63,660 nucleotides of DNA, filler included, from Lenisia limosa (GCA_001655205.1; 15 parts of 15 records of this genome joined end to end with filler, not necessarily neighbours in it); one strand, 5' to 3'; counted from the first letter of the whole stretch, positions 52,918 to 63,660 are shown. Numbers and translations are program-made. Notes: a model not told the origin generated them from the letters alone.

Positions 52918-53050
52918 TTGATGATGATGATGATAATGGTGATGGTGGTGATGGTGATGATGCTTTGATGATGGTGATGATGATGATGATGGTGGTGGTA
53001 ATGGTGGTAATGGTGGTCATGATGATGATGATGGTGATGGTGATGATGAA
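52918..53050. repeat. (GAT/GGT)n microsatellite
   Basis: Directly visible. Confidence 0.9.
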
Positions 53051-53191
53051 GAAGAAGAATACTATGATAACAAGAACAAAAATCGTACTCCCATCATACG
53101 TGTGTTTGAGGAAAGTGCTCTCCAGAACCCAAACTATCACACAGCCGTCGGATCCGCACGTAACCAAATTGTGCGGCGTGACATAGCACTA

Positions 53192-53315
53192 AATTGAATT
53201 AAGGGTGATAAAGTGAATTGAAGGTGATAAGTTGAATTAAGGGTGATAAAGTGAATTGAAGGTGATAAATTGAATAAAGGGTGATAAAGTGAATTGAAGG
53301 TGATAAATTGAATTG
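53192..53315. repeat. Tandem minisatellite, 38-bp unit made of two related 19-mers, about 3.2 copies
   Basis: AATTGAATTAAGGGTGATA-AAGTGAATTGAAGGTGATA repeated with few substitutions. Confidence 0.9.
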
Positions 53316-56190
53316 AAAATTTAAGCAGGTTGCTATTGGAGAACCTGGCATGGTCGAAGGAAAACAACGAGTGTAACTTACAATTTCTCATTTCTACGGA
53401 TTCTATATTGTATTATATCGTTGTACATCACTATGACATTACTATAGTGCTTGATCGTTTGTTTATAACACATTTATCTTTCTTCAGCAACCCTAACTGG
53501 GAAATATATCAGCACTGACGTCATCGTTTGCACTAATGAACGTTGATATTGTACGAGGCCCTTTAATCAAAGGGAACCGCCACCCCATCAAGCTGCTCTT
53601 GAAGGTTTGTTACTACCAGCCACTGTTGTCAGAGAGAGTACTACAGATTTATATAGTCGTCGCTTTTCTTATTTTACACATGCTGCTTGAAAACATACAA
53701 CCTGATAATTGGTTATGCTTAGTATTACAACGCACTTCTTTGTCTTACGACCCTGTAGGCTGGATGGCAACCCAGCTTGTTTTCGAAGAAATTGAAAAAT
53801 CCGAGACGTCGCTCATCTTCGTGTTTGCCCACTCAGTGGAAGCTGTAAAAAGCATCCTTGAGCGGGTGAAGGGTACCAAAAACGCCCACAAGGTTTCCGA
53901 ATTATGGCATTAGATCCGCTATCAACATGTGTAACGTATCTTAAGATTGTATGTCTGAAATTATCCAGGTGCTAATCGAAATGAATACATTTTACGCCTT
54001 GAACGTGTGTCCATCATTTAATTCAACTTTAAGTAAGTGAGGAAAGGGAGAAGCCAGTCGAAAAAGAAAGAGTCGGGGGCAACTCAAAAATTACGGCGGT
54101 GCAGACAGACTGCTGTTTTTGTTTCCCGCTGCTTGCCCCCAGTTTGCCCTTTGTCTTCCCTTCTTTCCATGAAGGCTTGTATCGGGTTTATAGAGGATAT
54201 GAACATAATTAGACTCTTAAACCAGGAAGAATCTACCTTAACGAAATATGCATCTGATAATAAAATGTCAAGCCATGAAACAACTGGTTTTAATAATAGC
54301 TGCTTCTTTGAAGGAGTTAGTACACTCATTGCCGCCACCACTGGTAAACTGTACCTCCCATCAATGATCAAGGTCTGTGAGGTTGGAGTTGGAGAGAGAA
54401 GTTTGTTTGAAATTTGAAAGCAAAGCTACATTATAGGAAAAACTGCTTCAGTTTTTATTGAAAGACCAAGATGTGAGATTTCCTCAATGAATAAAGCTTC
54501 AAGCTTTAATATGATCGAATGGTCAGCTGCGCAAATGCTATTGATGCACATGAATGTAGGAGTCTGTCTGTTCGCATTTATATTTCACCCCTGTTCTATT
54601 CCAGTGATATATTACCATTTTAGATTGAAGTTGAGGTGCTCATTGTGTCAAATAGTTTTAAGGATATCATCAAGGTACAATTGAAATTGTATAATTTCAA
54701 CTAACCATTAGATCAAAATGCGCGCAAAACAAGGGGATGCTACGAGTTGAAAGAAATGGCTTCGCTTTGGGAATGCAAAGATCGTCCGACTTTAGTGACT
54801 CAGATATCGGTATTTTACGTTGCTGCCTTACTGTCTCCTAACTTTTAAGGGAAAGCTTGAAGAAGTTAAATGTTATTTTCAATGTTATTTTCAATGTACT
54901 CATTTGGCCAAAAGAAAAAATTTGGCAAAAAAAGCGGCGAAACGGGTGTTTTTTTGTGCGGGGTATTANNNNNNNNNNNNNNNNNNNNNNNNNNNNNNNN
55001 NNNNNNNNNNNNTTAATTAATTAANNNNNNNNNNNNNNNNNNNNNNNNNNNNNNNNNNNNNNNNNNNNCCCCTAGGCCCAATTCAACTGCTCGAGTGTTA
55101 AGGATGACGTCGCTTTCCTCTGTTTGTGGGGTATCTTCTTTGAAAATTATTAACACTCCGTGCAATTAATGTTTGAAGAAATTAATTGACAAAGTTTGAA
55201 ATTAAAGTGTCTGAAATGGAGTTCCGATGACAATATGTCACACTCCAAATTTTGCTATTTTCAATTAATTGCACATGAACTGAATTGGCTAACACTTGAA
55301 AAATAAATATCTAACAGATTTCAATATTTTTTTAGTTGATAGTTTCAGTAGCTCTCATACTATTCGCATTNNNNNNNNNNNNNNNNNNNNNNNNNNNNNN
55401 NNNNNNNNNNNNNNNNNNNNNNNNNNNNNNNNNNNNNNNNNNNNNNNNNNNNNNNNNNNNNNNNNNNNNNNNNNNNNNNNNNNNNNNNNNNNNNNNNNNN
55501 NNNNNNNNNNNNNNNNNNNNNNNNNNNNNNNNNNNNNNNNNNNTAAATTTCACTCATGCCTCTCTCCAGACGTTCTTGCCGATGTGGTATCCTACCTTGT
55601 CCAATACAACGTGCCCATTGACCTCTGTGGTGCACTGGAGAAATCGCATTCAATCAAGGACTCTGTCCAGGCCTACGCTGATGTGGGGGAGGTGCTCTTA
55701 TTTGCAAAGACTTTATCTCAGTGATCCAAGTTTTAATAGAGACTTTATCTCTATGTTCCAAGTTTCAATAAAGACTACTATACTGCAAAAAACAAAAAAT
55801 GTGGAGGTATTTTGGACCCTCGTGCTATCCGTTCATAACTCGAATGTGAGTCATATGATCATATAACTTGTGCATATGTAGATATCAATGAGATAAATAG
55901 CAAGGCTGTATCTGGCCACAGCCGTCCACAGCATCACACTTTTAAGTATTTAAATGTTTTTTTTTTGTTTTTTTTTCAATCCTTGTGTGTTTTTCAAATG
56001 CTAGCCAACAGAATACAGTGTTTTTATGATTTTTTTTTACTTTTTTTTATACAGATGTATTTTTCATTTCTCACTGTTTAGGTTGTCCACCAGGTATTCA
56101 AACTGTTGGGCTCTTCTTCTGAGGACTTCGACATGACCAACAACCGTGATATTACGTAAGGGGGGGGTGTAACAACCGTGATGTAGGGGC

Positions 56191-56287
56191 TGGCTTCCCT
56201 ATTGTCCGAAAAAAAACTGAATTTCTCAACAAATCCTCGATAAATATCGATATTTTGACGGCCTTTTTTTGACCGCAGGGAAGCCTA
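56191..56287. mobile_element. MITE family A variant
   Basis: GGCTTCCCT..TGTC...GACCGCAGGGAAGCC-TA with the shared internal sequence. Confidence 0.65.
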
Positions 56288-56446
56288 CTGATGAGGGAAG
56301 GTAGACACAAGATAACAAAAGTTATTATTGATCATACCAGTGTCACAATTTAAGCTTTCTTCTCACCCCCTCCCCCCCGCACTCCAACAGAGATGTCTTT
56401 GGGCTTTTTTAGTTTCATATAATAGATAATTTATATTATGTATAAT

Positions 56447-56543
56447 TAGGGCTTCACTTTGATTCGTAAAATACCTTTAGAATATCGATAGTTTTCGAGA
56501 ATTGAGAAATTCAGTACGTTTTCGAACCAAAGTGAAGCCTTTA
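56447..56543. mobile_element. MITE family A copy
   Basis: TA-GGGCTTCACTTTGATTCG...CGAACCAAAGTGAAGCCTT-TA. Confidence 0.75.
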
Positions 56544-56897
56544 CCCCCCCCCCCNNNNNNNNNNNNNNNNNNNNNNNNNNNNNNNNNNNNNNNNNNNNTT
56601 AATTAATTAANNNNNNNNNNNNNNNNNNNNNNNNNNNNNNNNNNNNNNNNNNNNGTGGCCAGTGGGGTCGCCCCAGAGGTGGCGGGGGTTCGACTATAAT
56701 ACACTGGACCTTCGGCTGTACTACAATGGACCGTTGGCTACAAAAAAAGTCCGTCAGCTAGCAAGAATTGAACTGAACTGAACTGAACTGGGGTCATCCA
56801 GTTTAGTATTTATAATGAAAAAACCCTTTTTTCCCCCCATTTCCTAACGAATTCCAGTCCAAGGTATGGGTGTCCATTATGTTTTTGATTTTTTGCT

Positions 56898-56981
56898 ATT
56901 TCGAAAACCTCTGGGGCAGCCCCAGAGGTTCTCGGGTACAGCCCAACAAAACCTCTGGGGCTGCCCCAGAGGTTTCGAAAT
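56898..56981. repeat. Nested inverted repeat (two 12-13 bp palindromes inside one longer inverted repeat)
   Basis: ATTTCGAA-AACCTCTGGGGC-A-GCCCCAGAGGTT, 19-nt spacer, AACCTCTGGGGC-T-GCCCCAGAGGTT-TCGAAAT. A degenerate third copy is at 56663-56680. Confidence 0.9.
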
Positions 56982-57172
56982 TGGTCACCCTCTCCGAAGT
57001 CTGCTTACGCATTTAGTTGTTAGCCGCCCACCACACGTCCTTCGTTCAGCCAAGACGGTCAGCAGCCTAACGTTAGCCAGTAAGTTGGGGTCGGCAAGTA
57101 CCTTGGCTGGGCTGGCAGTAGTTTAGTTTTGTTTTACATTGCCTTTGGGTTCAGGTTTGACATATCCAGCAG

Positions 57173-58414
57173 ATGGACGACACGGCCATCAAGGTGACGG
57201 TGTCCGACGGCGTTGGGCCGAACGCTATTCGCTTTGTTAGAGACGTATTCAGGAAGAAGGGTCTACGCATTGGGCCGGCGTCGCTTGTCATGGTGTCAAA
57301 GGATGGAGAAGCGCCTAGCCAGCTCACGGTCGGCAACGGCCAAGCAGTCACAGTCCAGCGCTTTGCCGCCTACTGGAGGAACACAGAGGGTGTCGACCCG
57401 GACGTCGAGGCCATTCTCAGGAAGGTTGGGCGAGGGGTGGGGTGGAGTGACTTTTTTTCTTGTTTTGGGCCGGATTTTAACTGGCGTACTTTTTTTTTTC
57501 TTTGTTTGATTCAGGTGGAATAGGGCCGGAGGGGGTAAAACATAGTGTTCGCCGGGTGTGACGATGTAGACACAGCGCACGCTTGACGCCGACCTTGACC
57601 TAGCCCTCGGGATGACGTCGGACCTTCTCCTCAAGATGGACCATGCTCTTATTCGCTTTCACGACGTTGACTTTGACCTCCGACGAAACCGGCCTACCCC
57701 CATCGACTTCAACGTCCTCCCGGCGAAGATTTTCACAACGACCTATCCCGCGACGCCGGCAGACGCCGCCTTCTGGCAGTCGGAACATCCGGCCGAGGCG
57801 GCCCTTGACGTGCGCCCGCCCGAGACCACCGCTCTTTCCCACATCTTCAAGACGCAAGGATACACGGAGTTAGCGCGCAACGACGCCTTCGCGGTTCTTG
57901 GAGGGTTCTGCATCCCGCTGGCAACCAAGCTAGACCTCGCCGGCGACGCCCCGATCCATGCCGCCAGAACGATGCTGTACATCTTCGGGGCGGGCGGGAC
58001 AGGAAAGTCCGAGGTATTTAAGATGGTTACAAGCGGTACGCCGGAGGCGTTGACGGCCAACTTCCCTGGGGCAGACCGGAACTATCCTGCCTCGGAAGTG
58101 TACGACTGCCGCGACACGGCCTTGTACCTGACCAACAGTGACCTCAGTACGGACCCTTCGACCCACGCCTCCCTCGACATGCTGAAAAAAACCGCCCTCG
58201 GCGAGGCGCAGTCAATTACTGCCAAGAACCGGCCGAGCGTCTCATACTCTAATAACTCGGCCCACGTCCTTCTGGCCTCTAACACGACCTTTCCGGTCGC
58301 GAGCAACGCGGATAGTGACCCCATCGACCGCCGCCTGAGCCAGCTCGGCTTTCCGCTGGCGATAAACCGCGACCACATGGACCTGCGCGTGGCCAGTGTG
58401 TTGGAAGCTTCATA
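57173..58414 (+). CDS. D5-like superfamily 3 helicase (primase-helicase C-terminal region), spliced, truncated at the contig end
   Basis: Walker A GAGGTGKS (57987-58010), Walker-B-like ALYLTNSD, sensor-1 HVLLASN (58281), arginine finger DPIDRRLSQLGF (58329), and D5_N-like LIRFHDVDFDLRR. An upstream exon 57173-57424 joins in phase via GT(57425)...AG(57569). Confidence 0.85.
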
Positions 58415-59239
58415 NNNNNNNNNNNNNNNNNNNNNNNNNNNNNNNNNNNNNNNNNNNNTTAATTAATTAANNNNNNNNNNNNNNNNNNNNNNNNNNNNNN
58501 NNNNNNNNNNNNNNACGAAATAAATAAAGTCGCTTCTGCAGCACCTCATCCCATCACTCCAGCGAATCAGTGAATGGTAAAAATGGAAACTGTATGCGGA
58601 GAAGGGGACGGGGACCAAAATAACATAAATATCAAGCAAAAACGAAATCCTTCCAGTGCACAAAATCCCTTCACCCCCCCCCCTCCAAACCATGAAAAGT
58701 CATTTTCCTTGGCTCGGATGAGTTCCGATCTCGCGTTTGTGGTTCTTGTGATGTGCACCTGAAAATGTGAGGTCCCAGGACTTATTCATTAAGAGCAAAT
58801 ACCCAATTGTTAATCAGTTGAAATCTGGGAATCAGAAGATTTCATTATCATATATCATATGAATTCCTGAATGATAATTTCCCCCTCGAAAATAACGCAG
58901 AACTACCAAACACACCTGCCTGCCCCCCTTGTGTTGAGTTTCCAAAGCAAGAAGCTTGGCTCCATACTCCTCACGCAGCCGCCCTTTGAATATCTCAACT
59001 TCGCGTGATTCCTGGGGCCGTAAACTTCCAAAAATCACTAAAGTTATGTTGTCCTGTCACATTTCTGATAGTACCATAGGGCTGGAATGATGAAAGAAGG
59101 CAAAAAGCGGACTCTCCTCGAGTATATCAAAGTACCATTGATATTTGTCGGTCAATTATCACAAGTAGGAATGTGGCCTAATATACTGCATGGAAAATGA
59201 TAGTGTACACGTGGGAATAATGGTGATGTGAGTACTCAA

Positions 59240-59338
59240 TAGGGCTTCACTTCGGCTCGAAAAAAGACTGGATTTCTCGATAAATCCTCAAAAACTCTCG
59301 ATATTTACCGTTCTTTTTCGAACCGAAGTGAAGCCCTA
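59240..59338. mobile_element. MITE family A copy (best preserved)
   Basis: TA-GGGCTTCACTTCGG...CCGAAGTGAAGCCC-TA, perfect 14-bp TIR. Confidence 0.85.
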
Positions 59339-59578
59339 GTGACATCATATACAAGTAGGTCGGCTCAATGCCCAATACAAGGATGGACCAAACAGTTAAT
59401 AAGAAGAGTCGTCGTGATACTGTATACTGTATTCCTGACATATAAAAATGAGACATAAAATATGGAGTATCTTGTACAATATCATACTTAAGTGAAGCTC
59501 AAGCATTGCTCTCACGTTGAATACCATTATTACAATGACACGCTTTCACCTCTGAATTTGCCTTTACCGTTCCTCCAG

Positions 59579-59924
59579 GCCGCACACCCTTACATTACGC
59601 CTGTCATATGCAAAATGAGGACGTCGCTTCAATCTTGGTATGGGGTGTTACCATGAAAGACCAAAATATCTTTATTCAATCACTCCCCCCACCATGCACA
59701 TGCAGAAGCGACTGGCCTGGGCTTTTTTTTGGTTATCAACCCTCGTGTGTTGTCAGCCAACAAAGTTGATTTTGGACTAAGTTTTCTAATTTTACCCCTG
59801 TTTTACTCTGCAGGTGAGCCAGCCATGGAGTGCACGAAGCGCAATGAAGGATAACGCGGGTAAAACCGCAATAGACCTGGCCCCCCTATACATGCACCCC
59901 GTGTTAGGCAGGAAAGGGCACTAA
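59579..59924 (+). CDS. Ankyrin-repeat protein, last two exons (59579-59637, 59814-59924)
   Basis: GRTPLHYACHMQNEDVASIL | VSQPWSARSAMKDNAGKTAIDLAPLYMHPVLGRKGH*, with a phase-0 GT-AG intron of 176 nt. Confidence 0.8.
59702..59813 (+). mobile_element. Intron-resident dispersed repeat (introner-like), type copy
   Basis: GCAGAAGCGACTGGCCTGGGCTTT...TCAACCCTCGTGTGTTGTCAGCCAACA.AGTTGATTTTGG...TTTTCTAATTTTACCCC...AG. Similar sequence at about a dozen other loci (see findings). Confidence 0.7.
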
Positions 59925-62900
59925 ATTTTTGTTTCGGGTGGGTTTTTTCTTTGGTTTTTTTTTTTTTCTTTGTCTAGTTTTTTTCTCTCCTCTATTTTAT
60001 GTATTACGTACACTAAGTCCTGTTGGGTGAGAGGGCCTTTTTATTCATCAAACAAGCCACAGAATTTAAAAAATTATCACACGCAATAAGAAAGTGTATT
60101 GGAAGAAAAAACAGAATAAATATAGTAGAATAACTACTATTCCTAGTTGGCTTTGGGTGACCGATTTTTACCTAAAGTGTTAGATGAGAGGATCAGTGTA
60201 CCATGAGAGGTATTTTGCCCCCCCCCCCCCCGNNNNNNNNNNNNNNNNNNNNNNNNNNNNNNNNNNNNNNNNNNNNTTAATTAATTAANNNNNNNNNNNN
60301 NNNNNNNNNNNNNNNNNNNNNNNNNNNNNNNNAGATCTTTAGTCAAACTGAACTAAATAAAAACAGTCAAATTGATAACAAAAGATCTGTTTCAAAAAAA
60401 GAAGCTAAAAGCAGGAAAAAAAGGAGACAAGAGAGTAAAAATGATCTTTTTTAAATGGAGTAAAGCAAATCAAGTGTTTAAATGAGTCTATATGTCTAAA
60501 GACCTTATCAGCATCTGAATATGCCGTGTGACCGCGTTAAGTCCTATCTTTAACAATAGATATCATATACAGATCGATAGAAGACCAGACCTTGGGTGAA
60601 ACAATTGAGACTCCTTGGGGACCGACTAGTACTAGGCCGTCTTTTTTGAGGTACGTACATGGGAAAGAAACTGGAACAAATAAGGGCGGAGTAAGATGCG
60701 AAATATATGAAACAAAAAAAGCCCAAAATCGACTCTGTTAACACACAAGGGGGAAGAAACTGAAACAATATTTTAATAAAAGGGGGGGGGGGGNNNNNNN
60801 NNNNNNNNNNNNNNNNNNNNNNNNNNNNNNNNNNNNNNNNNNNNNNNNNNNNNNNNNNNNNNNNNNNNNNNNNNNNNNNNNNNNNNNNNNNNCTCGGATA
60901 ATGTGAGGATTATGGCTTGTGATATTTACAACTTAGCGATATGAGCTGAGTTTACTTAAGCAAGTTAAACTAATAGCAGCGGTAGCGAGCTCATAAAAGG
61001 ACGGGAGGCTCAAACCCAGACATATTCTAATGGATGCTGTCTTTTTTTGAGTTTTTATGTGCTTGTTGATGTAATTATTTGCAGAAGATGATTTACACAC
61101 TATGTATCCTTCATATTTTGTGAGCCATACCACTAGCCCTCTCGCCGCCAAAGCCATACCACTAGCCTTCTCGCCCACAAACCTGAGCCATACCACGGCA
61201 GTCTACGGGCTTTGAGAAGGTACAACAGCTGCAAGATGGACTTGGTCTGCGAGGTGTGTTTCTGCGCGGAAGTGAGGGAAAATTACAATCTTCCCGTTCG
61301 CTTATTATACAGCTGCCAAACAGGTCCTAATCCCTCAATACAATATAACGGCCTTTTACTCGAAAGTTATCTAGGAACACATGGGAAATTACCCTGTTCG
61401 TCAACTCGGAAAGATGAAAGGACGTATATTCTTCCTTCACCCTCACAATATATTCTTCTTTGACCGCGGCTAAAGTGGCCTTTTTGGTCTTCATCGCAAA
61501 TGGGGGCACAAACTCCCCGAGGGCCCCCCTTAATCAGTTAGTTAATAATATAATTAAAAATATACGTGTATCATAGCCCCTCAACCATTTAGTTGAATAG
61601 TATAATATTTATATCCTATTATACAGTATCAGTACATATTACCAACATACTTGAGCCAAGATGGGCTACGAGTGGGATGGTTTGCCTTGCATTGGGAGAC
61701 CTATTTCAAAAAATAATAACACGAAAAAAAAAAGAAAAAATTATCAAGACTTTTTTCCACTACCCCAAGATAAGGACTCATCAGATAAGCCCCCCTCACC
61801 TGAACCTGGATTCCGCCAAGATAAGTCGCGTCATCAATNNNNNNNNNNNNNNNNNNNNNNNNNNNNNNNNNNNNNNNNNNNNTTAATTAATTAANNNNNN
61901 NNNNNNNNNNNNNNNNNNNNNNNNNNNNNNNNNNNNNNGAGATCAAAAAGGACTTCAAAATCCAAGAAAAGCCATTGACTAGCTACACAGGTCTTTGTCG
62001 AGAGGCCTGGACTAACTTATGCAGGTCTTTGTTGAGAGCTGGACGTCGCAACCCTTCAAGAAACCCAGCACTCAGGAAGTTGATGTGAGGGGGAGATCAG
62101 TGAAATTCATTTTTGAACAGAAAGGCTTAAATCAGTTTTATTTCAACTTGGATAAGGGTAATAACAATTAGTGGAGAGAGAAGAGAAGAGAAGAGTATGA
62201 AGGACATGAAATTCACTGATTTATCATTCAGTTCAATTCAGTTCAATTCAGTTCATTGAGTGTCAAACTATTAACAACAAATTTGATTTTGGGTTTTTTT
62301 TACTATTACAATCCCTTCTTTTCACCTCGTAGACGTCAGCGTTCCAGCCAACGTTCAACTCCACCTTGAGTTTGACGGTGGAAAACACGAACGTTTCGCT
62401 GCACCTCCTCGAATCCCTTAGGGTGGACTTTACCGTGAGGGGATCAACTTTGTCCGATTAGAGCACCGTAGAATCACTTCACTTCCACCCTCCTTTAGTA
62501 CACTGCTCTTCACCCCCTATATACTATTCCTAATACCCAGCATCACCCTTCATATTATTTCACCTGATGGATGCAGTCGTGTGTTTTTAGCCAACAGAGT
62601 TGATTTTGGATTTCTTTGTTTCATAAATATTCCAATTGTACTCCCCCACACTGCCACCACGCAACAGAGTCGATTCTGGGTTTTCTTTTTCATAAATTTC
62701 TTTACCCCCCCACCCCGCAGCTTCCCGAGGCCAAGACCAGTGTTGTGAACGCGGTAGACGGTAAAACTGAGTTTAGCCTGTCGTTTGCTGAGAGCGCCTT
62801 GAGGTTCTATAATAATCCCAAGTGAGGGGTAATTGTGATTTTTTTCTGATTCATTCGACTCATCTTTATCATGATCTGCTCAGGCTACACATATTCCTTC

Positions 62901-63660
62901 CAGCCCCCTTATTCCTCAGGATTGTGCCTTCCATTGCATCTCATCAGCTCAACTCGCGACTCACTCCGCTTTCGTCCCTCTACTCTCGACCCCAGGTATT
63001 CTCATTGGGATGAAATAGTTCTAGCATAGCTTTATAAAGTAAAATATGTATTCTTTTACATGTGACATTGTGTACGTAATTAAATATAGTATACGTAGAG
63101 TATAATATAATACAATACTTCTTTTCTTTTTTTTTTGCAACATGTGTGTATTATTCCCACCTTTCACACCAAAGAGTGGTCACGTCTCACCAGTACCGAT
63201 GTCTGTTCCTTCNNNNNNNNNNNNNNNNNNNNNNNNNNNNNNNNNNNNNNNNNNNNNNNNNNNNNNNNNNNNNNNNNNNNNNNNNNCACGCTCAAACCCC
63301 CCAACTTCACTCTGCATTTCCGGCTTTCATTGCAATCAGACCATCGCCAATGCCCAAAACCGCCAGTCAAATTGTTGGCGTTTTTGTTATATTCGACATG
63401 AGACCCAGTAGTTTTTTTAAAAAAAACAAGATTATTAATAATTAAAGAATATATAGTAGTACTATTGTTCAATATAATTTCGGACTTTGAGGTAAATGTT
63501 GGAGGTAATAGGAATGACACGAACTTAGAAAATAGTGTAGTGATGCTCATGAATAGTATGGTGATGCTCATGAACAAGAAAATAGTGTGGGAACAAGGTA
63601 CTCTAACAACACTTTTTTTTTTGCTGCATAGCTTTACGACTTACCGCATGCTACCCCCCC

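Noticed and set aside
53192-53315. CRISPR-like array
   Set aside because: Units are contiguous with no unique spacers; eukaryotic context and no cas genes.
54037-54417. TGFNNSCFFEGV as a cysteine-peptidase-like motif
   Set aside because: Single short motif, no His partner identifiable, and overlapping ORFs on both strands are equally plausible.
54660-54677. YLDDIL reverse-transcriptase-like motif on the minus strand
   Set aside because: Stop codon four codons later, no recognisable upstream LPQG/PFG motif, and only vague downstream resemblance. Could be chance; a frameshift-aware RT search would settle it.
56655-56700. Pol III A-box/B-box-like words (TGGCCAGTGG...GGTTCGACT), possible tRNA or SINE
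   Set aside because: Spacing too short for a tRNA, no cloverleaf can be drawn, and it lies at the contig edge.
1816-60793. N runs beginning right after poly-G or poly-C
   Set aside because: Most simply sequencing dropout or masking at homopolymers; ORFs that run through these X stretches are artefacts.
12987-61894. Repeated TTAATTAATTAA motif as a biological repeat, and gene neighbourhoods across it (e.g. helicase contig next to an ankyrin gene)
   Set aside because: All-frame-stop spacer embedded in N runs, i.e. an artificial contig join; it carries no linkage information.

Overview
Eukaryotic (protist-like, taxon not determinable) AT-rich, intron-dense draft sequence. It consists of about 15 contigs joined by artificial N-TTAATTAATTAA-N spacers, plus many internal N runs, so adjacency across spacers is not evidence of linkage. 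Genes assembled by hand across GT-AG introns: STEEP1/CXorf56 homolog (247-963 +), CCCH zinc-finger protein (-), two ankyrin-repeat genes (+), a hybrid histidine kinase with two receiver domains (8798-12872 -), a UVR-motif exon, and V-ATPase proteolipid subunit c (45324-45873 -). Several other exon chains have no recognisable product. Mobile DNA: at least four short TIR (MITE-like) families and a probable decayed Tc1/pogo-type transposase. The most notable observations are: (1) a dispersed repeat that sits sense-oriented immediately upstream of 3' splice sites in unrelated genes (introner-like); (2) a GC-rich, apparently intron-containing D5-like SF3 helicase gene of the kind carried by Polintons, virophages and large DNA viruses, preceded by a nested double hairpin; (3) a class of 22-24 nt introns, including one that reads GT...TG in V-ATPase c. 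All calls are by-eye motif recognition; no searches were run.
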